A stretch of DNA of 63,068 nucleotides, filler included, from Reticulomyxa filosa (Eukaryota > Protista > Foraminifera), in assembly GCA_000512085.1 (NCBI GenBank). It is 25 parts of 25 records of this genome, joined end to end, with 100 filler letters (N's around TTAATTAATTAA, not from the genome) between each part and the next. Parts side by side here need not be neighbours in the genome. Positions count along the whole stretch, not along the records: positions 12,218 to 14,390 come from ASPP01028683.1; positions 14,491 to 17,899 come from ASPP01007200.1; positions 18,000 to 18,999 come from ASPP01038595.1; positions 19,100 to 22,602 come from ASPP01025825.1; positions 22,703 to 24,942 come from ASPP01024320.1; positions 25,043 to 26,264 come from ASPP01014599.1; 19 more parts are not named here. The stretch is one strand, 5' to 3'. The notes beneath the pieces were generated by a model. That model searched no databases. It was not told where the DNA came from and was given only the letters and a program-made list of their open reading frames with translations. This document shows, piece by piece, positions 12,118 to 25,480 of this stretch (position 1 is its first letter; each line of letters begins with the position of its first letter). Both the position numbers and the translations under genes were made by a program.

Positions 12118-14526
12118 NNNNNNNNNNNNNNNNNNNNNNNNNNNNNNNNNNNNNNNNNNNNTTAATTAATTAANNNNNNNNNNNNNNNNNNNNNNNNNNN
12201 NNNNNNNNNNNNNNNNNTGCTCAATATTTAATTGAAAAAACCAGCTCTTGATATGTTTAAATAAAACTGTCTTTTTAAAAACAGGAAAAAAAAAATAAAA
12301 AATACCAACAATATTCAAAGAATGGGCCAAAATCACATTAAATAATTCTATATGAATATTGAAAAATATTTGATATTCTATTTGGTCAGATTCTATGAAG
12401 TCATTGAAATTGCATCACCATAAGGAGAAGCAAAAAACATAGAATTTTTTTTTTCAAGTTTGATAAATAATAGATGATGTGATAATATGCCTGTAAGCAA
12501 TCAATTATGGAAAAGTATGAAGTTAAAATAGATTCTCTTTGAACAAAAGGAAAATAGATTGACAAAAATACTGGTGAGTTGTCATTATAAATATGTGTAT
12601 TACGATCATCACGTTCCAAAAAATGTATTGGGTTTTTGCCAAATCACATCACTCACAACAAATACAGATAGCAAAATTGTGGATATAACAGCAAACCCAT
12701 GGACACTTTTTTTTAAAAAAGAGTATGTTTATCCATGCAAGACATTTTTAAAAAGAATGATTGTTATTCAAACTGTTGAATTCAGTAATAATTGAACTCA
12801 GAAGCAGTTTGCACAAACAGCATGCTTCTGTTACAAATTAAATATAGATGATGTTATTGGACAATCACAAAATAATTTGAAGATCTTCTAGACAAAGAAC
12901 AGGTAATAATTTTAAAAAGCTACAGTGAACATACAGTCGTAAAAAACATTTCCTAGAATTCCTCAATAGTAATCACAGCTTTATCTGGAATATTGGCTGC
13001 TTTTTGTATTCAAAATAGCTACTATTGTAGTAAGTGCAGTGAGTTGCCAATATTTCAAGTTTTGATTGCATCAATTGTTTTATTGAGAAAGCTGACATAC
13101 AATTGAGTCTTCTGAATATCATATTTTGCATGATGTTGACATAAAACAATCAACATGTAAAGCAAAAAATGTTCCATCCATGAATACGCTCAAAAAGGAA
13201 AGACAACAAGAGCACTTCCACAACAACACTCAATATCAATTCCAAATATAAAAAAGAGCCAAAATTAAAATAATGTTAAAAAAAACATGAAAGCGTGATC
13301 AAAAAGGATGTAGTTAATTTTTTATCTTTAATCTTTTTTGTTGACAATTGATTTTCAAAAACAGTTGTTATTTTCTATCAAAACGTCCTCATGTCTATAT
13401 GTTTATTGCTTGGGAAAAAAGAACAAAAGCATTCACCCCAATTTGTTAAATGTGAATTAGTTCCTTTCTTTTGTCATTATCCACTTGAAATACGTTAAGA
13501 CGCTTTGTGTTGTAATTGTAAATCGCTTAGTAAATCCTATTCACTAAAAAAATTGAATTTTTTAAAAATCAATTGAATTCCAAAGAACCAAAAATGAATG
13601 AAACATGAATAACAAAACCGACAGTATTTATTAATTTGCTACACGACCAATTATTTTCGAAAGGATTACATTCTGTCAATCATAATGCAACATTAATAAC
13701 AAATCAAATTGAGATTATGGGACAAGTACAAAGATAACAAAGTTCATAAATATACTTCACAACAATTACAAAAACTTCTTTAACATTTCATTGTTTGGAA
13801 TCCTATTATTTTTGCCATTGCTCAACTTATTTTTTTTATCAACAAACTATTGTCTATCCAAAACATTAATCCCCTATAATTCGTCATATATTTTGTAACA
13901 TTATTTTACTATCAATTTAGTTTTGTAAGTCCACAAGCTGCTGTTACGTTTTTCAAAAAAGGTTCAATGCATTACAAATAGTAATAATTTTCCTACTTGT
14001 TTCATCACGCAATACTCCTTTTAAAAATGAATCTCTAAAATATGTTCCAAAAAAAAGTTGATTCAAATAAGTTTTAATGTAAAGTACCAACGGGGGAAGG
14101 TACAAATGTTATTTTGAGATTGAACATAGAACTTTTGTTTACTGTTTTAAGTTAGTGTCATTTTTTATTTATTTTTTTTGTAACTTTAAAAAATGATAGA
14201 AGTTCTCACAATTGAAGTAGGCCAAGCCTGTTTACAATTAGGCAACGCCTTTTAGGAACAATACTGCAGAGCAAAGAATTGATAACGGTGGCAAAAGAAA
14301 GGGCATTCCGGAAAAGATGATTCTTTCAAAGTCTTCTCTGAAGAAACAGGTAGTGGCAAAGTTGTTCATTATGACATTGCAGTTAAGTACNNNNNNNNNN
14401 NNNNNNNNNNNNNNNNNNNNNNNNNNNNNNNNNNTTAATTAATTAANNNNNNNNNNNNNNNNNNNNNNNNNNNNNNNNNNNNNNNNNNNNAAAAAAAAAA
14501 AAAAAAAAAAAGCATACAAAGACGAC

Positions 14527-15524
14527 ATGCTGAAATTAATGGCAGAGACACGTGATGATAGCAACTTAGTGGGCTGGTATCGATCAGTGAACCACGGACT
14601 GTACTTGGAAGAAAATACGATAGCATTTCAATATACGTATCAATTGGAAAATCCGTCGAGCATTTGCATCATCTACGACCCGTTTTCCACGACCAAAGGG
14701 AGGTTGTCAGTGAAGGCGATTCGATTGACGGACCAGTTTATGAAGTTTTTCGAAGGACGGCAATATGGCCCATCAAAAATTGCTCAGTTTGGCTTGACGA
14801 GCAAACAGGTCGTTGAAGAATTGCCCTTGAAACTGCACAATCATCATTTGGTTCATGCGTTTTTATTTGAAATGCAACACAAGATACCAATGAAGTACGG
14901 ACTATTGTTTTTATTTGTTTGTTTGTTTGTTTGTTTGTTCTCTCTTTCAATGTCTTTTGTTAATAAACTTCTATATATACATATATATGTATTAATAAAT
15001 GATGATGATGTGATGTTTCACAGTTGCTCATTTGAAAAATTACATCAAACACATGAATATCAATTGTTAGATACATTACGACAATTAAGTAATGCAATTG
15101 ATGACTTTGACATTCAAACAAACACTTTTCGAACATATCATTCAAAGTCGATGTACAACAAAATGGCGCGAGAAGAACTTCTACAAAAACATGTATGTTA
15201 CTATCATTTGTTGGAAGAACAAACAAAATCGAACACAACACAACACAACACTGTACTGTACTGTGAATTAATTTGCTTGCTCAATTGTTGTAACCACAGA
15301 CGGAGGAAACCAAACAGCGAAAAGCCCGTGGATTAAGGGCAATCCCGGCACCTGACGTGGATAAGTTGTTTCCAAAAGAACCAGAGCCTTCAAGATTGGA
15401 GGCGTTGACCTTAATTGCTCAAATGTCACAATATGCCGAGGAAATTGACACTTCTGTAATGCAAGGATTATCCAAATTGTGGGTCTCTCAAGGCTTACAT
15501 CAAACCAAGCCCCTTGCTCAGTGA
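14527..15524 (+). CDS. EIF3H: Eukaryotic translation initiation factor 3 subunit H (MPN family), 5' truncated
   Basis: VGWYRS...FQYTYQ...ICIIYDPFSTTKGRLSVKAIRLT; C-terminal KLFPKEPEPSRLEAL...GLSKLWVSQGL. Introns at 14895-15023 and 15193-15299; TGA at 15522-15524. Confidence 0.9.
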
Positions 15525-15684
15525 GAAACTTCTTAGCTCTTGCTTCAAAAAAATTTTTTGATTTATAACATTTTTTTTTTTGAAAAAAAACAACCAATGA
15601 TCACAGCCTCTAGAGCGATTGTGAGTTTTGTTAATTTAATAGAATTGATTGCAAAAGCAAATTTTAATTTTCGAACAGTAAAAC

Positions 15685-16983
15685 TTAAAAAATCATAGAA
15701 TAATTGAAAATCAAAAAGTCCATCCAATAAAATGAGTTGATTAAATGAATATTTTCTGTAGAAATGTTTTTCCATGAGATTGGATCTTTAATAATTGCAT
15801 CATCGTGGCAACCTTGCCAAGCATGTTTGCGTTTTTGTACGTTTGACAAGTCAATGTTGAGACTCAAGTTATATTGGTCCATGAGCTGGTTAAACTCTTC
15901 TCTCAAATGTTCAAATCTAAGAATATGATTGCAATAAACGCCTGCTCTGTGTTTTGTGGCCAAATTATGCATCCACCCCACGTCCAACTGAGCTTTTCCT
16001 TTGATCGGATCGACTTTATTTTTGTGTTTGCTTATATTATAGCGAGAAGGAGGAAACGCTGTTGTAAATAAATCCAAGTTGTCTCGAAAAACTTGTGGAG
16101 ACTTCATATTGACAAAATTGATGATGATTCGTTTTAATGCAGAAACTGCCGATTGAATTTCGGCATGTTGTTCCAACACGTTTTCAAATAAATTATAGTA
16201 TTTTACCATATCAAAGTCAAGGTAGTGTCCAAACACATACAAAAACTGTGGACATAAATGACAATCCCGATGATGAGTGTTCCGAGCGAGTCCTAATGTG
16301 AGTTCTCTTCGGATCCAAGTATTCAATGCATCGACGGTGCAATCTTGGTGACGTAGTCCACACACAGTTTTTCGATTGACCTTGGTGCAGGTACGAAGAT
16401 TATATTCAAAATCCGAAAATATTCGAGTATAAGGATTTCTTATCACACAAAATTTTGTGTTGTTTATATGATAATATCTGTGATCTCGTGGATAGCACGA
16501 TGGTGGCAGATGCCATTCGCTGCAACGATATTTGAATGGACACACACTCATATTTACCAAGCTACGACGAAAAAAGTATTTTTTATTTTTTTCACCCCAC
16601 AAAATGGTGTGTTTTGATTGCTGAAACGATTTTTCTTCAATTAACGTACCTCCTTTGTGTATACATTTAAATGTATGTGCATATACATGTATACATATAT
16701 ATTTTTTTTTTAATGGATGAGGGATGTTTTTCTGACCTGTTTTTGGGATATGCAAGAACGTTAATCCTTCTGTAACATTCTGTGTTCTCGAAATATTTTG
16801 GTAATAAATGGATATGATCGAAGTCGATCGAGGAGAGCTGGCCATTAACAAAGACGCAAAAGGATTACGTGTCCGCCATGACACTAACTCAAAAGCAACG
16901 AATATACACACAAGAATTAATAATATAGAGACAAGTCTAGCCAATGTTGTCTTTGTCAGCATTACCAAATTTTCTATGGACAA
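15685..16983 (-). CDS. Type II membrane sulfotransferase, Sulfotransfer_2 (carbohydrate sulfotransferase-like) family
   Basis: N-terminal signal anchor. Removing the 84-bp GT-AG intron 16736-16653 restores the 5'-PSB motif FLHIPKTGGT. Also present: 3'-PB motif FCVIRNPYTRIFS, HLCPQ, LRFEHL and terminal YWMDFLIFNY. Confidence 0.85.
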   Translation of the reverse strand: MSIENLVMLTKTTLARLVSILLILVCIFVAFELVSWRTRNPFASLLMASSPRSTSIISIYYQNISRTQNVTEGLTFLHIPKTGQKNIPHPLKKKYICIHVYAHTFKCIHKGGTLIEEKSFQQSKHTILWGEKNKKYFFRRSLVNMSVCPFKYRCSEWHLPPSCYPRDHRYYHINNTKFCVIRNPYTRIFSDFEYNLRTCTKVNRKTVCGLRHQDCTVDALNTWIRRELTLGLARNTHHRDCHLCPQFLYVFGHYLDFDMVKYYNLFENVLEQHAEIQSAVSALKRIIINFVNMKSPQVFRDNLDLFTTAFPPSRYNISKHKNKVDPIKGKAQLDVGWMHNLATKHRAGVYCNHILRFEHLREEFNQLMDQYNLSLNIDLSNVQKRKHAWQGCHDDAIIKDPISWKNISTENIHLINSFYWMDFLIFNYSMIF

Positions 16984-17436
16984 GGTAAAAATGAGTGCTT
17001 AAAGAAAAACAATAATGTTCTTTAAAAAGAGGGGACAAACTTGCTGACAGAAAAGTTCATTGTATAAGATCACTGCTAATCATATTACAAAACTGAATTG
17101 AACAAAGCCAATGTACCTTTATTTTGTCTTAGAAAGCGAGAAAAACAGGCTATATTTGGACGTGCAAATTGAAAAAAGGATAGATTCAGTTTGTAGTCGT
17201 TTTTTCAAAGTCAGCAATATGAAATTGTGCCGAGAAAAAAACCAAAGTAAAATCGAACCAAACAAAACAGCCCTTCCCTCAAAATGTGTTAAAACAATGA
17301 CGTAATTGCAATTTGAAAACAAAAAAAAGAACCTTTGTGTAATATGAACGGAACAGAACTTTTTTAAAAAAAAGACTCGATGATAATATTGGGAGGAGAA
17401 AAAAAAAAAAGGAGTATATTTTGAAAAGATTTTAAA

Positions 17437-17880
17437 TCAAATCATTTCATTACCAGCCAAATGTTCTTTTGTCTCCATTTCCGTTTCTTTGTCCCTATCA
17501 TTGTCATGTTCATTGTCATGATCATTATCGCTGTCATGACCGTCATCTCTTTCTCTATTTGTATCTTCATCTCCGTCCCTTTCATGTTCAGTGTGTTCGA
17601 GATTGGACGAAGATGCCAATTCCAATTCCATAGCAATCTCTCGTTCCAACTCTTCCATCAAAATGTTGTTGGGTTCGCTCAAATATTGTGACCGCAAGAA
17701 TACCCTTTCATTCAAAAAAAGCACTTTCCAAAGAGCGACAAATATGCAAACAAAGCCAATGATAATCCCGCCAATATTTATATACGTACCCGTCGGCATT
17801 TTCGAGTGCAGCACATGTCCTTGAATTTCAATAATTATGGCATAAAGCAGTGTACTCGTGCAAGGCACGATTAGCAGCAC
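17437..17880 (-). CDS. Last exon of a membrane protein (2 TM segments plus acidic D/H/N tail)
   Basis: Two hydrophobic helices followed by a low-complexity DNDHDNEHDNDR tail; AG acceptor near 17881. Confidence 0.6.
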   Translation of the reverse strand: MLLIVPCTSTLLYAIIIEIQGHVLHSKMPTGTYINIGGIIIGFVCIFVALWKVLFLNERVFLRSQYLSEPNNILMEELEREIAMELELASSSNLEHTEHERDGDEDTNRERDDGHDSDNDHDNEHDNDRDKETEMETKEHLAGNEMI

Positions 17881-19099
17881 CTAATTGCCTCCAAAAAAAN
17901 NNNNNNNNNNNNNNNNNNNNNNNNNNNNNNNNNNNNNNNNNNNTTAATTAATTAANNNNNNNNNNNNNNNNNNNNNNNNNNNNNNNNNNNNNNNNNNNNG
18001 AAAACTACAGACCTGAAGAAAATGAAAATGCAGTTATTTATAAACCTTTTCATAAAAGAACTTCTAATACATATTAACGCAATTTGAGTTTTTATTATCG
18101 TCAAGTTCAGAACAGGGGGCATTTTAATCACAAACAAGATTGTGATTATCAGCACAGAAAACAAAATGTATCAATATCAGCAATACAAACATCATTACTC
18201 GTAAACATTAGATATCATTATGGTAATGATCTATTTTGGAGCCAAAAGTATTAGAGCCAAAAGAAATTGTATTCGGTAAACTGACAAAAAAAATATATAT
18301 GTATATATGATTGAGATTTTAAATTGCAATGACTTTAAGATTTAAAACAAATAGTTCAATAGTATTGTGCTTCGAAAGAGGAAACAGGTGTCAACGAGAA
18401 AACAGTATCTTTTGAAATATGGGGACTATTCTGAGCAATGTTCTCTTCTACACTGATAATATTAATGTCTTATCCCAATCCTTGCGCTTGTTGCACGTTA
18501 GCAATTTCCAAATGTGCACTTTTCAGTTGGCTTTCTTTTTTGAAAAAAGGGGAAGTAAGAACATTCTTATTTAAAAAAAACAACTTAGCAAACACTACAT
18601 TTTTCAACGAATTCAATAAAAAAAAAAATATCAGCTCGGGAAAGATAAAAAAAAAATGGAAGAGAAGTACTCTGAGGAAACTTGTGTGAATGAAGCCTTA
18701 GAAAAAAAAAAGAATCTGACACAAAAAAAAAAAAAAAAAAAATAAGGCGATATTATCAACTGCAAGACAAGTATGTTTTCATCATTCGACAATCCTGAAC
18801 AATGAATTGATACTTGCTACATTCAATATAGCCTTTTTGCCTCAACAACAATTCCGACAATAAATTGTTCCAATTCATCAAATAGTGTTGTTTGGATGCT
18901 TGCAAAGCAAGACACTGACAGCCATTTTGTTTCATCGAAACTCCAAACTTGTCACAAATCACTTGTTGATTCATTTAAGTCATGGATCATTTGCTTGGAN
19001 NNNNNNNNNNNNNNNNNNNNNNNNNNNNNNNNNNNNNNNNNNNTTAATTAATTAANNNNNNNNNNNNNNNNNNNNNNNNNNNNNNNNNNNNNNNNNNNN

Positions 19100-21310
19100 C
19101 AATGGCAGAAGATATTTGAAAAAAGTAAAGTGCTACCAGTCGGGTCGATTGGACGAAGTGAAGATCTCGAATGTACTGGACATTCGCGAGCAAATCTTGG
19201 AGTTCGAAAGCGCGAAAGACTTACCCATTTGTGTAAAGACCATTTTGACTCGCTTGTCAAACAAGACTCTAAGTAACATTATATTCCATTTGTAGTCGAG
19301 GAAACTTGAACTCGTTAAAAGACTTTGTTGCAAGATGTTTGCAAGCAGTGCTAATATTAGCAGTCGTGAGAATAGTAAAATTTGCAGTAGTGGCAGTTTA
19401 GATAAAGAGATTATTGATGATGGCAATACCAATGAGGTGGTGAAAGCGCAAGGACGTTGGGGGGATGACATGCCGACGGATGGAATAAATGTTCAACGTC
19501 GTGCTAATTTTGGTCTTCTCTTGTCCAAAAGAACAGTTGGACTGGATCATCAATGTCTTCATGGCCAAATATACACACATATCATATGTATATAAAGACA
19601 ATGGGATATTTGAAAACACGTACATACATAAAGGAAGTGATGGAAACAACACCAGAAAATGGTCGTCGTCTGATCATGAAAAACAATGCGGCGATTGCGG
19701 AAAAGCCATGATTGGAGAATTAGAAAGACATTGTGCCAAAAATTTTTCAAAGTAAAGCAGCAAAGACATTCCAGATTGTGTGAGTAACATGTCATTGATG
19801 TTGTCACAAAGCAAATTGGAATAAGGACCTGTTCGATGCTTGGCTGCACGTCTTGTTATTAGTGTTTTATTGCAAACAAAATGCCAGCAGTTGATTGGAC
19901 AGAGACACATTCCAAAGATTGCAAAATTTGTGCTTCCAAGCGTTTGCGACATTGCAAAAGAGAGGACCCCGAAAACAAGTCCAAATGGGTAATGGCGCGA
20001 GAACCATTGTCGATGTCATTCTGGCTGTCTGTAATGTGCATAATATGTGAAATGTGGTGATCAAGGCAGCAATTGGCAGTAATGGCTCCAGTCTTGATTC
20101 CAAACACGTATACACTACCAAACATTTCTTGCAAATTTTTAATGACCAGTTCAATGGAGAAAATAAAGAAGAAACGTTTTTGGTGCATATTGAATGGGCT
20201 ATCGAGACATCCACGCAATATTGTGTTCTATGATCTGAACAATGGAAAGATTAGTTCTTCAAACGTTGATAATCTTATTGCAAGTTCGAGAAACAGCCGT
20301 CGCTTTTTTAATCCGGCTGTGTCCAATGGTATTTTTTTCTTATCAAATTTGTGTCTCTTTTGGGTTGATAATCCAATTGATAAATCAATAAATAATATAT
20401 GTATGTGGTTGATTTTTTTTCATGTAATTTTGTAAAGGCCTTTTCTGCTCGAAATTGATCAAAATAACGACTACAACAAAGCTCTTTTTTACATTGCATT
20501 TTAAGATCATTACCGAAGAGGAAGAGCGCAGAAAAATTAGAAACTTTGTTACTGGAAATTTTGTGGTCATATCGAGCAACGACGGCGACATGCTTAATCG
20601 AAAATTATTGTTAGGACGTCTATGGAATGTTAAATTGGTGCAATGCATCGGCTGCATCCACATTTCTGCATTTGCTTTGCCAGAGCTACAAGATCATGCG
20701 ATCCTATAGCTAAAGGCTCCAATTATTGAGGAGATTGATCCTTCTGGGATTACTTTCCGAATTCAGCTGCAGGTGTGACAGATAATCGAATAGAATCATT
20801 ACACACACATATACGTATATATACTTTTTTCTACCCTTTCTTGGAAACATTACACAATTTGTTATGTTCCCCCTCTTTTTTTTTACAGCAGTTTTGGATA
20901 TCTTTTAAAATAATTCCTTTTTTTAGTACAACGATGAACATAATCACTAATTCCGAGACCCCTGACACAGGGAAAACACAAGTTGCATCCGCGATCGTCG
21001 ATACTATGCCATCATGGAAAAAAAGAATGAGCCAAAGTGGTGTAGCAATCGGCAATAATTTCTTGCGCCTGTGTAGGTGCAGCAAATGTGGTGTTGAAAA
21101 AAAAAAATTTGATTATCATCGATGATGATCAAATCAGTGTACTGTTGATGGATTTCAGGGAAATGAAAGTAAATTTATCATTTTCAGTTCGATCAGGGCC
21201 AGCGAGATGAATGATGTGGTGTATGTGAGAGAAAGAGCTCGTGTAATGTCATGCTGACAAGACCTAGGTCAGTGTTACTTGTTGTTGGCAATATCAAGGA
21301 AATGTATTGA
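19100..21310 (+). pseudogene. Decayed Upf1/Sen1-type superfamily 1 helicase
   Basis: Ordered motif remnants: ETPDTGKTQVASAIV (motif I, ~20955-21000), FDY..DD..QC (motif II-like, ~21108-21142), TVDGFQGNESKFIIFSSIR (motif V, ~21142-21198) and a decayed motif VI. Numerous stops and frameshifts. Confidence 0.7.
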
Positions 21311-22702
21311 ATAAATGACTCAAACAAGTTATCATTAAAAACAAATCTTTCTCGGCAACGGTATTTTAGAACAAAATCATCTATCTTTCAATCGTTAAAG
21401 ATGCTTTGTTATTTTTTTTTTTTGAACTGATGTCATGTGGTAGAGGTTTTTTCTCTCATAAGTTAAAAAGGTTGCAACGATCTTCAATTCGATGAATTCT
21501 AATTATTTGAAATAATTTGAAACATTAATTTTCGAAATCAATAAGTTTCTATTATAAAAAAATGCTTTCATCAAAAATTTGTTTACAAAATTGGGTTATA
21601 TAATTTTTTGAAAGTTAGCCCCTTGTTTGAGTTTTTCTTCACTGGCAAAAAGTGTTTTGTTCGTTTCTTTTTTTTTTATTACATCGAGTTGTACTGACAA
21701 GGACAAGCACGTATCCTTAATCAGAGAAGTTTTTCAACGGAGAAAGAAATCCCACAAAAACAGCGTACTCGTCTAAAATCAAGCCAAATCGAATAATCAA
21801 TATTCATGGCTTTCCAAAAGATAAAAATATTCATTTTTTGATGAGGAAAACAGCTTGTAATCTGCTGTAATTTGTTCATCATATTCACAAGTTTCGAAGC
21901 ATGTTGAAAATCCTGTTTTTTTCTTTTATCAACCGTGTTGCTGCCATAATTTTAAAAATAACTTTTCTGCTTTTTTCAGATGATTCGTCATCTGTCAAAG
22001 TACGAACTATTTCACACTGGATGATATTATTTAACATTTGAAAAGCGACAAACGTCGTAAAGAAGATGCGTGGGAGTTCGTGACTTTGCTAACACAGCAC
22101 AATACCAACGACATAACAATCAAACAAAAAGCCTTCAATTTATTCTATTATCTCGCTACATAACAAAATGAAGACGGTGTCATAAGTATTCGTGTGTTAT
22201 TACAAATCTCTTTTTCAAAAAATTACGTTATTGTCAACTGTTTCTTCGATATGACCACTTGAACCCCTTTTGCCTTTGTAATGCACGAAATTTTAATTGA
22301 CTTCAAAATTATAACACACGTTTTTTTTTTCTTCGAAAGTGTAAAATAATCTCCATAAAATATTTAAATCATTTTTTCTTTATTATTTTTTGGAAAGTTT
22401 GAAAAAGAATAATAGTGTATGCATTTTAATTTGTATTTGTATGAAAAGCAATATTGAATAACAAATTGAAGACAAGAATTTTTTGCATATAACACTTCCA
22501 GTGCAATATTTTTTTTCTTTCAAAAAGAAACTGTTTATCAATTTTTTTTTCAAATTAAGAATAAAAGTCTGCTATCCTTTGAAGAAGTTAAAAAAAAAAA
22601 AANNNNNNNNNNNNNNNNNNNNNNNNNNNNNNNNNNNNNNNNNNNNTTAATTAATTAANNNNNNNNNNNNNNNNNNNNNNNNNNNNNNNNNNNNNNNNNN
22701 NN

Positions 22703-24047
22703 ATGAAATTGCAATTAGAAAAGCATCAACATATGGTAAACAGCATCAATTCGCTGCATGAAGTGAATATAAGAAATTTATTTACATTAGCATTGGTGAA
22801 TAAGGAGACAAGTTCAGTTGCAAGATCAGATTGATAAAGTATATTTATTGGCAAAGGCATTCGCAGAGCCTCCAAAAGATGTTGATGAAAACATTATGAA
22901 ATGATTCAAGATGATATCAGATTTAAAGTGGCGATTCCAACTCCAGCCATTGTGGATCCTGAATGACAAGTCCTGCTTCTCACTTCCATCACAAAATATT
23001 ACAGTGAATCGAAATCCAATGATGACAAAATTTTATCTGCCAATACAAGATTATGACCATTGAGCCGACCTGACCATCTGATACATTTGTGATACAATTT
23101 CAACTCTTCTCGTTTTGTCGTAATTCAAGAGGAAATAACAGTGACTGATTATAAGCAGTCTGATTCATCACATTGCAATCCTTTGTATCCTTTCTAGCAA
23201 AATCTGGATGAAGTATACAGTTGGTCAAATAAACAGAAGATGTTACTTGCAGCTGATAAGATGCAATGCATCCATTCAGACATCAAAACAAGAGGAAATT
23301 CCCAAAGATGCAATTGACATTACAGCGCTCAAACCTGAAAGAATGCGATCATGTGAAGTATCTTGGATTGTTTCTTGATTATCACATGACTTATTCTAAG
23401 CATGTCAATTACATCTACGGCAAAGCATCGAGGAAACTTGGATATTTAACATACCAATGTTCACGCAAAAGTCTATCTACGTATAATCTATTATACAAGA
23501 CCATTATTCGTCCGAGTCTCGAGCATTTTGGAATGATGCAGCAGACACTCATAAGAAACTATTGCAATGATTGCAATTGATCATCCATTTCATCGACATC
23601 CAAAGTGCCACGTCATCAGCAAACATTCCATTTGATGAACAACTGTTAGTAAATCATTGATATACAGTAGAATAATATTGGGGGAACTCCAGTATCGAAT
23701 TCCATCTAATCTGAATTACAACTCTTCCAAGTCGATCTGATAAGAAGCTATCAATCCACCAATATAATCCTGCTTGTGTTTGATCTGTCAGACTTCCATG
23801 CAATATGCATAGATATCGCCACTTTAAATCTGATATCATCTTGAATCATTTCATAATGTTTTCATCAACATCTTTTGGAGGCTCTGCGAATGCCTTTGCC
23901 AATAAATATACTTTATCAATCTGATCTTGCAACTGAACTTGTCTCCTTATTCACCAATGCTAATGTAAATAAATTTCTTATATTCACTTCATGCAGCGAA
24001 TTGATGCTGTTTACCATATGTTGATGCTTTTCTAATTGCAATTTCAT
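22703..24047. repeat. 233-bp apparently perfect inverted repeat (22703-22935 and 23815-24047)
   Basis: ATGAAATTGCAATTAG...TTAAAGTGGCGAT is the reverse complement of ATCGCCACTTTAA...CTAATTGCAATTTCAT. No mismatch seen on reading. Confidence 0.95.
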
Positions 24048-24560
24048 TCGTAATTGCTTGCCAGCTCTCATATAGCATTAAATTCCTTGTTTACGAAATC
24101 TGTTCTTTGATTTTTGAACTCGCTTTTGTAATCGACTTAGACTATCATCCCAACATGGCTTGTTGCCTTTCCAAATTGGATCATCAAATTATCAATATTC
24201 CTTTTTAATCTCAGATTCCAAATCTCAATCTTTTGTCGTTTAATTCGTTATGATGACCACGTGGTTTGATATTGAGAGAATAAACGACGAACATAATGCT
24301 TGATGCCGCATTATCTTTCATGAGCGTGCAGTCAAATGGCAATGTATTGATAATATGTAATCCATTGGATACAATAAATGACATAACATTACAGATCTTC
24401 CTGTCTCACTCCACTGCTGATCTGCTTGCATATTGGTATTGCAATGTTGATTTCATCTCTTGATCGATTTCATATGAGTCAACGTCGGGATTGATTGCAA
24501 TAGGATTGTAATTGCTGGAATACTGACTTAATCTCTGCTAATTCACGTCTTAGCAGATTT
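22703..24560. mobile_element. Rearranged non-LTR (LINE) retrotransposon relic
   Basis: Minus strand: WWIDSFLSDRLGRV, YINDL and GMFADDVALW (~23600-23770), with KPCWD upstream. Plus strand: NLDEVYSWS...VKYLGLFLD...HVNYIYGKASRKLG...LYKTIIRPSLE (~23195-23525). These are typical LINE reverse transcriptase motifs. Confidence 0.85.
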
Positions 24561-25166
24561 CTTATTCTGCAGCCTTTAATCTTTGTTATTCTTTCTTTTA
24601 TTATTATTCGGTTTCTGAGGTTCATTCTTGAGTTCATTTCCATTTGACACTTGTTGTCCTTTGGCAGCAGTATAAGAGTAATTCTTTGGTTGTGCTAACA
24701 TTTGATTTAATTTGAATGGGTTGAGATGCCTTTTTCTTCAGAAATGAAAAAAAAAATCCTTCATCATCGAGATAAACTTTTGAAAAAAAAGTTATATTTT
24801 GAAGGAAGGCAAGCACAGAACAACTAGATACTGCAACATCTGGCAGTATCTGAAAGAAGTTCAAAGTTAATCTTCGATTATTAACAACGATTTTCGTCCA
24901 ACAAGATTGTGGCGAAAACAGATACTTTCAAAGAAATTTTTTNNNNNNNNNNNNNNNNNNNNNNNNNNNNNNNNNNNNNNNNNNNNTTAATTAATTAANN
25001 NNNNNNNNNNNNNNNNNNNNNNNNNNNNNNNNNNNNNNNNNNAAAAAAAAAAAAAAAAAAAAAAAGCTCACCCACAGTCGTGCGTTCCAATAAAAATAAA
25101 TAAATTAAATAAATAAAAGGTTTGAAAATATGATTGGGTGGGGTGGGGTAAAAAAAAAAAATATTA

Positions 25167-25425
25167 GTTCGAAGAAAGCCTAGGAAATGCAGAGCTAATG
25201 AGGACTCATTTACACAGTGCTGGAGTGGCACAGACGACACCGCCAACTTTTCTGGCAATGGCCTTGGCTATTTTGCCCCTTACAAATATCAATCTGCGGA
25301 CAAATTGGAAGATGTTTCATGGCGAGCCAAGTATGCCTCATATTCTGCTGGAGGTTGGTGAGCTGTACTTTTTCTACAAACATATATCTTTTTTTAAAAT
25401 AAAAACAAAAAACATAATAATAATA

Positions 25426-25480
<55 letters not shown>

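Noticed and set aside
12218-14390. Possible gene in an AT-rich contig
   Set aside because: Only short broken frames and one hydrophobic stretch; no supportable product.
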